Origin: an uncultured Verrucomicrobiae bacterium
GTDB taxonomy: Bacteria > Verrucomicrobiota > Verrucomicrobiia > Chthoniobacterales > JAFAMB01
Direction of reading: 5' to 3'
Length of the DNA stretch: 64,000 nt
Assembly: GCA_963837955.1 (NCBI GenBank)
Contig: CAWIPH010000002.1
Span: 3,776,001 to 3,840,000 of the forward strand
Shown: positions 59,738 through 64,000 of the stretch, in pieces
Numbering within the stretch: position 1 is the first letter of the stretch
Layout: each line of letters opens with the position of its first letter
The notes under the pieces: generated by a model
Told to the model about the DNA's origin: nothing
The model's database searches: none
The model's input: only the letters and a program-made list of their open reading frames with translations
Program-made: the position numbers and the translations under genes

Positions 59738-61243
59738 CTACTTGCCCAGCAGGCCTACAATCGCTTCGACTAGCCCGTCAATATCGTGACGTTCCGCCTC
59801 GACATCCACCTTTAGGCCGGCCTGTCGCATCGTTTCTGACGTGATCGGGCCGATGCTGGCGGTCCGCAAATTCCCCGGCCAAGGAAGTTTGAGCGCTAGA
59901 AAATTCGTTACCGTCGACGAGCTGGTAAATGTCACGAGGTCTGCACCGTCCCGTTCAAAGCGTTCTCGTGCGCCCGTGCTGTCTTGGGTCTCGAGGACGG
60001 TTCGATAAGCTATCGCCTCGTCCAAGATCGCCCCGAGCTGCGTGAGCCGCTTCGGCAACACGTCCCGGGCGTTTTCCGCACGCACCAGCAAGAGTTTCAG
60101 GTTATCCAGGCTTTCATACTCCCGGAGCGCCTCGGCCACGGCCTCTGCCACGAAATCGTTCGGCTGTACTTCGACGGTCAAATGATAATTTCGAATCATC
60201 TGGGCGGTACCGGGGCCGATGGCCGCAATCCGCACATTCCCGATATTACGCGTGTCCTGATACAGCTTGAAGAACATGTCGAAAAACGCAGTCACACCAT
60301 TTGGACTAGTAAAAATCAGCCAATCATACTGGTAAGCGTCGCGAACCAGTTCGCCGAATTCGAGCAGCTCCTTAGGCGGCTCGATCCGGATGGTAGGCAA
60401 TTCGATTACATCCGCGCCTAGAAGCTGGAGCCTGGCGCTGAGCACTCCAGCCTGACGACGGGTACGGGTGACCACAATTCGACGGCCAAACAAAGGCCGT
60501 TTCTCAAACCAGGCAAGTTTTTGCCGAAAGGAGACCACTTTGCCGAAAACCGCGACAGCGGGAGCCTCAAAGCCGGCAGCTCGATCGACGATGTTTTCCA
60601 GCGTACCAGTGACTGTTTCCTGCCGGCCAGTCGTACCCCAACGCACCAGGGCAACCGGCATCGATAACTCGGCGCCATGTTGGCGGAGAGCGGCGACCAC
60701 TTTCTCGAGTCGCTCAACGCCCATCAACATCACCAGGGTCCCTCCGCCTTTAACCAGCGAATCATAGTCCAGATCCGACTGCTCTTTTGTCGGGTCCTCG
60801 TGACCAGTGAATACCGTGAAAGAAGAGGTAACACCCCGGTGAGTGATAGGAATGCCCGCGTAGGCCGGCACAGCAATCGCGGCGCTAATTCCAGGGACCA
60901 CCTCGAACTTAATTCCGGCGGCGGCTAAGGCCTCCGCTTCCTCACCGCCTCTTCCGAAGACAAATGGATCACCGCCTTTGAGTCGTACCACGTTTTTACC
61001 AGCTCGCGCTCGCTCGACAACGAGCTCATTGATTTCGGCCTGCGTTAGCGTGTGTCGACCTGCCTTTTTTCCGGCATAGACTATTTCCGCATCCGCCGGA
61101 GCCCATCTCAAAACCTCGGGATTGCAGAGATAATCGTAAACAATCACGTCTGCGTGTTCGATTGCGTCTTTCGCCCGCAAGGTCACGAGGCCAAGATCAC
61201 CCGGGCCGGCCCCCGCCAGAACGCATTTACCTAGTGTTGCCAT
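59738..61243 (-). CDS. cobA: Uroporphyrinogen-III C-methyltransferase / synthase fusion (CobA-HemD)
   Basis: 'GAGPGD', 'RLKGGDPFVFGRGGEE', then HemD motifs 'IVVTR', 'FTSPNGV', 'FTSSST'. Confidence 0.95.
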   Translation of the reverse strand: MATLGKCVLAGAGPGDLGLVTLRAKDAIEHADVIVYDYLCNPEVLRWAPADAEIVYAGKKAGRHTLTQAEINELVVERARAGKNVVRLKGGDPFVFGRGGEEAEALAAAGIKFEVVPGISAAIAVPAYAGIPITHRGVTSSFTVFTGHEDPTKEQSDLDYDSLVKGGGTLVMLMGVERLEKVVAALRQHGAELSMPVALVRWGTTGRQETVTGTLENIVDRAAGFEAPAVAVFGKVVSFRQKLAWFEKRPLFGRRIVVTRTRRQAGVLSARLQLLGADVIELPTIRIEPPKELLEFGELVRDAYQYDWLIFTSPNGVTAFFDMFFKLYQDTRNIGNVRIAAIGPGTAQMIRNYHLTVEVQPNDFVAEAVAEALREYESLDNLKLLLVRAENARDVLPKRLTQLGAILDEAIAYRTVLETQDSTGARERFERDGADLVTFTSSSTVTNFLALKLPWPGNLRTASIGPITSETMRQAGLKVDVEAERHDIDGLVEAIVGLLGK

Positions 61244-62150
61244 AAATCTTCCGAAACAAAGTTTCCGCGGCCAGCTCGGCCGAAGCGAAGCTGCCAGCTA
61301 TCGAACCCGTGTGCACCGCATCGTTCTCTGTAAAGACAATTGCTTCGAGTAGCGCTTGCTTTCCAGCCAGGGTTGCTTGGACACCGATCGGTACCTCGCA
61401 ACCACCGCCTAACAATCGCAAAAACTCGCGTTCCGCCTGAACGCAAAACCAGGTGTCCGGGTCGTTAACGAACTGGAGAACGTCGCGGATCACCGAGGAA
61501 TTCTCAACTACCTCCAAAGCGATCGCACCCTGGCCCGCTGCCGGCAACATCGTATCGAGCGTGGAAACGAACAATTCGCCAGCGCCAAACTGGATGCGAC
61601 CGGCTTGAATTTTTAGGTTTAAACGCTCAAGGCCAGCCCGAGCCAGAATCAATCCGTCCCAGTTTGACATGATCAATTTATCGAGCCGGGTTGGAACGTT
61701 CCCTCGGATATCAACGACTTCAATGTCCGGGCGGAGGCGTTGTAGTTGACGGGCCCGGCGCGGACTGCTCGTCGCAATTACACCGCTGGCCGGAACCTCT
61801 TCCAGAGAGTTGGCTTGCTTGGAAACGAGCACGTCAGCGGGATCTTCCCGGGGCAAAACTGCGGCGACGATCAATCCCTTCGGCAACTCCGTAGGCAAAT
61901 CTTTCAAGGAGTGGACAGCCACGTCGATTTGACCGCTCAACAAAGAATCCTCCAGTTCCTTGGTAAAGAGCCCTCTTTCGAACTTTTTTCCAGAGTCGCT
62001 CAGACGCAGATCAAGACGTTTATCGCCGGTTGTTTTGATGATCCTCAGCTCGACGGCCTTGATCCCCGGGGCCTGCAATAAAGAGCTACGCGTCAGCTCA
62101 GCTTGGGCCAAGGCGAGTGAGCTGCCTCTCGTGCCCAGAACAATCTTCAT
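61227..62150 (-). CDS. hemC: Porphobilinogen deaminase
   Basis: 'GTRGSSLA', 'GLFTKELE', 'VHSLKDLP', 'RGNVPTRL', 'GGCEVP'. Confidence 0.97.
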   Translation of the reverse strand: MKIVLGTRGSSLALAQAELTRSSLLQAPGIKAVELRIIKTTGDKRLDLRLSDSGKKFERGLFTKELEDSLLSGQIDVAVHSLKDLPTELPKGLIVAAVLPREDPADVLVSKQANSLEEVPASGVIATSSPRRARQLQRLRPDIEVVDIRGNVPTRLDKLIMSNWDGLILARAGLERLNLKIQAGRIQFGAGELFVSTLDTMLPAAGQGAIALEVVENSSVIRDVLQFVNDPDTWFCVQAEREFLRLLGGGCEVPIGVQATLAGKQALLEAIVFTENDAVHTGSIAGSFASAELAAETLFRKIYGNTR

Positions 62151-63205
62151 CACGCTCCCGGCAATTCGATGGCGACGGGCGGAAAATTCGACGGTTGAGT
62201 GCGTTCAATCCAAACCTGAAAGTCGTGAACATGTTGCTCAATCAGCCGATGGCAATTTTCGGCTTCCTGCTTGCGCACTTCCAACGTCTTCTCGGTCATA
62301 CTTTGGAGCGAATCGAGATCGTACAAATAAACACCATCCAATTTGTGAACAGCTGGCTCGATATCACGTGGCATCGCCAGATCGATCATGAAGAGCGGCC
62401 GATGCCGGCGAGTTCGCAAAACTGGCGCCAATTTTTCCAAGGTAATGATCGCGTGCGGGGCCGCCGTCGAACTGACCAGGACATCGAGGTCAGGAAACTC
62501 CTGTTCCCAATCTTCAAAATGAATAGCGCGTCCGCCGGTAATTGCTGCCAGCGCTTGGGCCCGCTCAAAAGAGCGATTGGAAACAAAAATTTGCTCTGCT
62601 CCGCGAGATCGGAAAGCTCGGGCCGTCTTTTCACTGGTCTCTCCGGCACCAAGAATCATGATCTTGCAGCCCTCTAGATCACCGAAGATCTGCTCCGCCA
62701 AATCAACCGCTACTGAACCGACCGACACGCTGCCTCGGGTAATACCGGTAGAAGAGCGGACCTGTTTACCCACCTGAAACGACTTTTGAAAGAGCCGATT
62801 CAGGAGCTTGCCCGTCGTTTGCGCCCCAATAGCGAATTCGTAAGCGCGTTTAACCTGACCAAAGATTTCGGTCTCCCCGACGACCATCGACTCCAGACCC
62901 GAAGCGACTCGAAATAGATGACGGACACAGTGGTTAGCCCAGAGGCGAAAAAGGTGCGTCTCGTCTCCAGATCTTAAGTTTTCGTAGAAACTCTCGAAGA
63001 AGGCCTGAGCAGGACGATCTCGGAACTCTCCGGCGACGTAAAATTCGGTTCGATTACAAGTCGAGACAATCAGACCCTCGGTCAAGCCTGGTATCGTTTT
63101 CAGACGGGCCAGCGCTTCAGGCAGAGCAGACTCCGGAATCGCGAATCTCTCGCGCACGTCCACTGCCGCTGTCTGATGGCTAAGGCCAAAGCAAAATAGG
63201 CTCAT
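62150..63205 (-). CDS. hemA: Glutamyl-tRNA reductase (short C-terminus)
   Basis: 'STCNRTE', 'SGLESMVVGETEIFGQVK', 'GAGE', 'DLAMPRDI'. Confidence 0.96.
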   Translation of the reverse strand: MSLFCFGLSHQTAAVDVRERFAIPESALPEALARLKTIPGLTEGLIVSTCNRTEFYVAGEFRDRPAQAFFESFYENLRSGDETHLFRLWANHCVRHLFRVASGLESMVVGETEIFGQVKRAYEFAIGAQTTGKLLNRLFQKSFQVGKQVRSSTGITRGSVSVGSVAVDLAEQIFGDLEGCKIMILGAGETSEKTARAFRSRGAEQIFVSNRSFERAQALAAITGGRAIHFEDWEQEFPDLDVLVSSTAAPHAIITLEKLAPVLRTRRHRPLFMIDLAMPRDIEPAVHKLDGVYLYDLDSLQSMTEKTLEVRKQEAENCHRLIEQHVHDFQVWIERTQPSNFPPVAIELPGA

Positions 63206-64000
63206 TTCACAGTCGGACTATCCGAAATAAATCGGATGCCCCAAAAAACGCTTAGAAGCAGACTAAAAGCGATAATTGATAAGGTGGCAATCCACTTTGC
63301 CCCCATCGTGTGACGGAGGCGACCAAGCAAGATACCGCCATAGAGCGCCCAGACCAATACGGACCACGCGACTTTCCGCCAGTCAACCTCTTGCCCAATA
63401 AAGAAACCGGAGCCAAGGCCCACGGTGAAAAGGATGAAACCAAGCCAAAGTAGACGGGAATTAGCAATGGTCAGGGTGCTAATCGGCGGAAGCCGAAAAA
63501 ATATTGAACCCGGATGTCGCGTTTTGAGCTGCCGCTCTTGAAACAAATACATTAGGCCGGCGACTCCCGCGAGGGCGAACGCCCCGCATGCCACGATCGA
63601 GAAGGAGGTATGCGTCTCCAGCCATGGGTTGATCGGCTGATGCCCGACCCGAAGCGACGGGTGATCAGGGACTAATAATGCCCAAATATTAAGCAGGGAG
63701 ACAAACGGCGCGGTGATAACGCCCAACAGGGATAAGCGATAGGATGAACCAATCAATAGGTAGATCAGGATCATCGACCACCCGAGGAAAACCAGCAGCT
63801 CAAAGAAGTTCGTAATCGGACAGCGACCGATCCGATGGCCGCGATCGATCAGAAAAAGAGTCTGCGCAACAAATCCAGCACTGATCAAAAAGAACGTCAA
63901 ACGCGGCGCCAAGAACTTTCCGGTCGCGAGCGAATATGCGGAATATGCCGATGCCAGCAAGAAACCGCAAAGCGCTAGCCAAACCCACACATGATCAGAG
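63202..64000 (-). CDS. CcsA/HemX-family membrane protein (start probably just outside the window)
   Basis: About 8 TM helices, 'GRCPITNFFE', 'WLETH', 'QERQLK'; the frame stays open upstream of the GTG at 63990 to the window edge. Confidence 0.85.
   Translation of the reverse strand, partial: SDHVWVWLALCGFLLASAYSAYSLATGKFLAPRLTFFLISAGFVAQTLFLIDRGHRIGRCPITNFFELLVFLGWSMILIYLLIGSSYRLSLLGVITAPFVSLLNIWALLVPDHPSLRVGHQPINPWLETHTSFSIVACGAFALAGVAGLMYLFQERQLKTRHPGSIFFRLPPISTLTIANSRLLWLGFILFTVGLGSGFFIGQEVDWRKVAWSVLVWALYGGILLGRLRHTMGAKWIATLSIIAFSLLLSVFWGIRFISDSPTVK

Overview
A 64-kb window of bacterial chromosome. Gene content and order (rpsU, ECF/DUF3379 pair, ccsA-hemA-hemC-cobA/hemD) suggest a Verrucomicrobiota, Chthoniobacterales-like organism; this is inference only. 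Contents: an RsbU/RsbW pair, an orphan sigma-54 response regulator, uvrA, a TPR protein, a ROK regulator, a GH3 beta-glucosidase, ilvD, an ECF sigma/anti-sigma pair, gntK with a truncated gntP, rfbB, LemA/TPM genes, rpsU and a heme operon. A ~24-kb carbohydrate island (17972-42488) holds three ABC systems, a split transketolase, an FGGY kinase and a fucose-isomerase-family enzyme, resembling non-oxidative D-apiose catabolism with an added polyol branch. An IcmF-type B12 mutase is split into two genes. The most striking signal is non-coding: many intergenic gaps carry palindromic repeat elements. These include a REP-associated tyrosine transposase (RAYT) with its own GTAG REPs, at least three other REP families, long three-hairpin inverted-repeat elements, and MITE-like elements built from 7-, 8- and 9-nt periodic repeats. 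A tiny 25-60 bp hairpin module inserts inside the other repeats. Many elements supply or abut stop codons. No rRNA, tRNA or CRISPR array was recognised. All calls are by eye; no searches were run.
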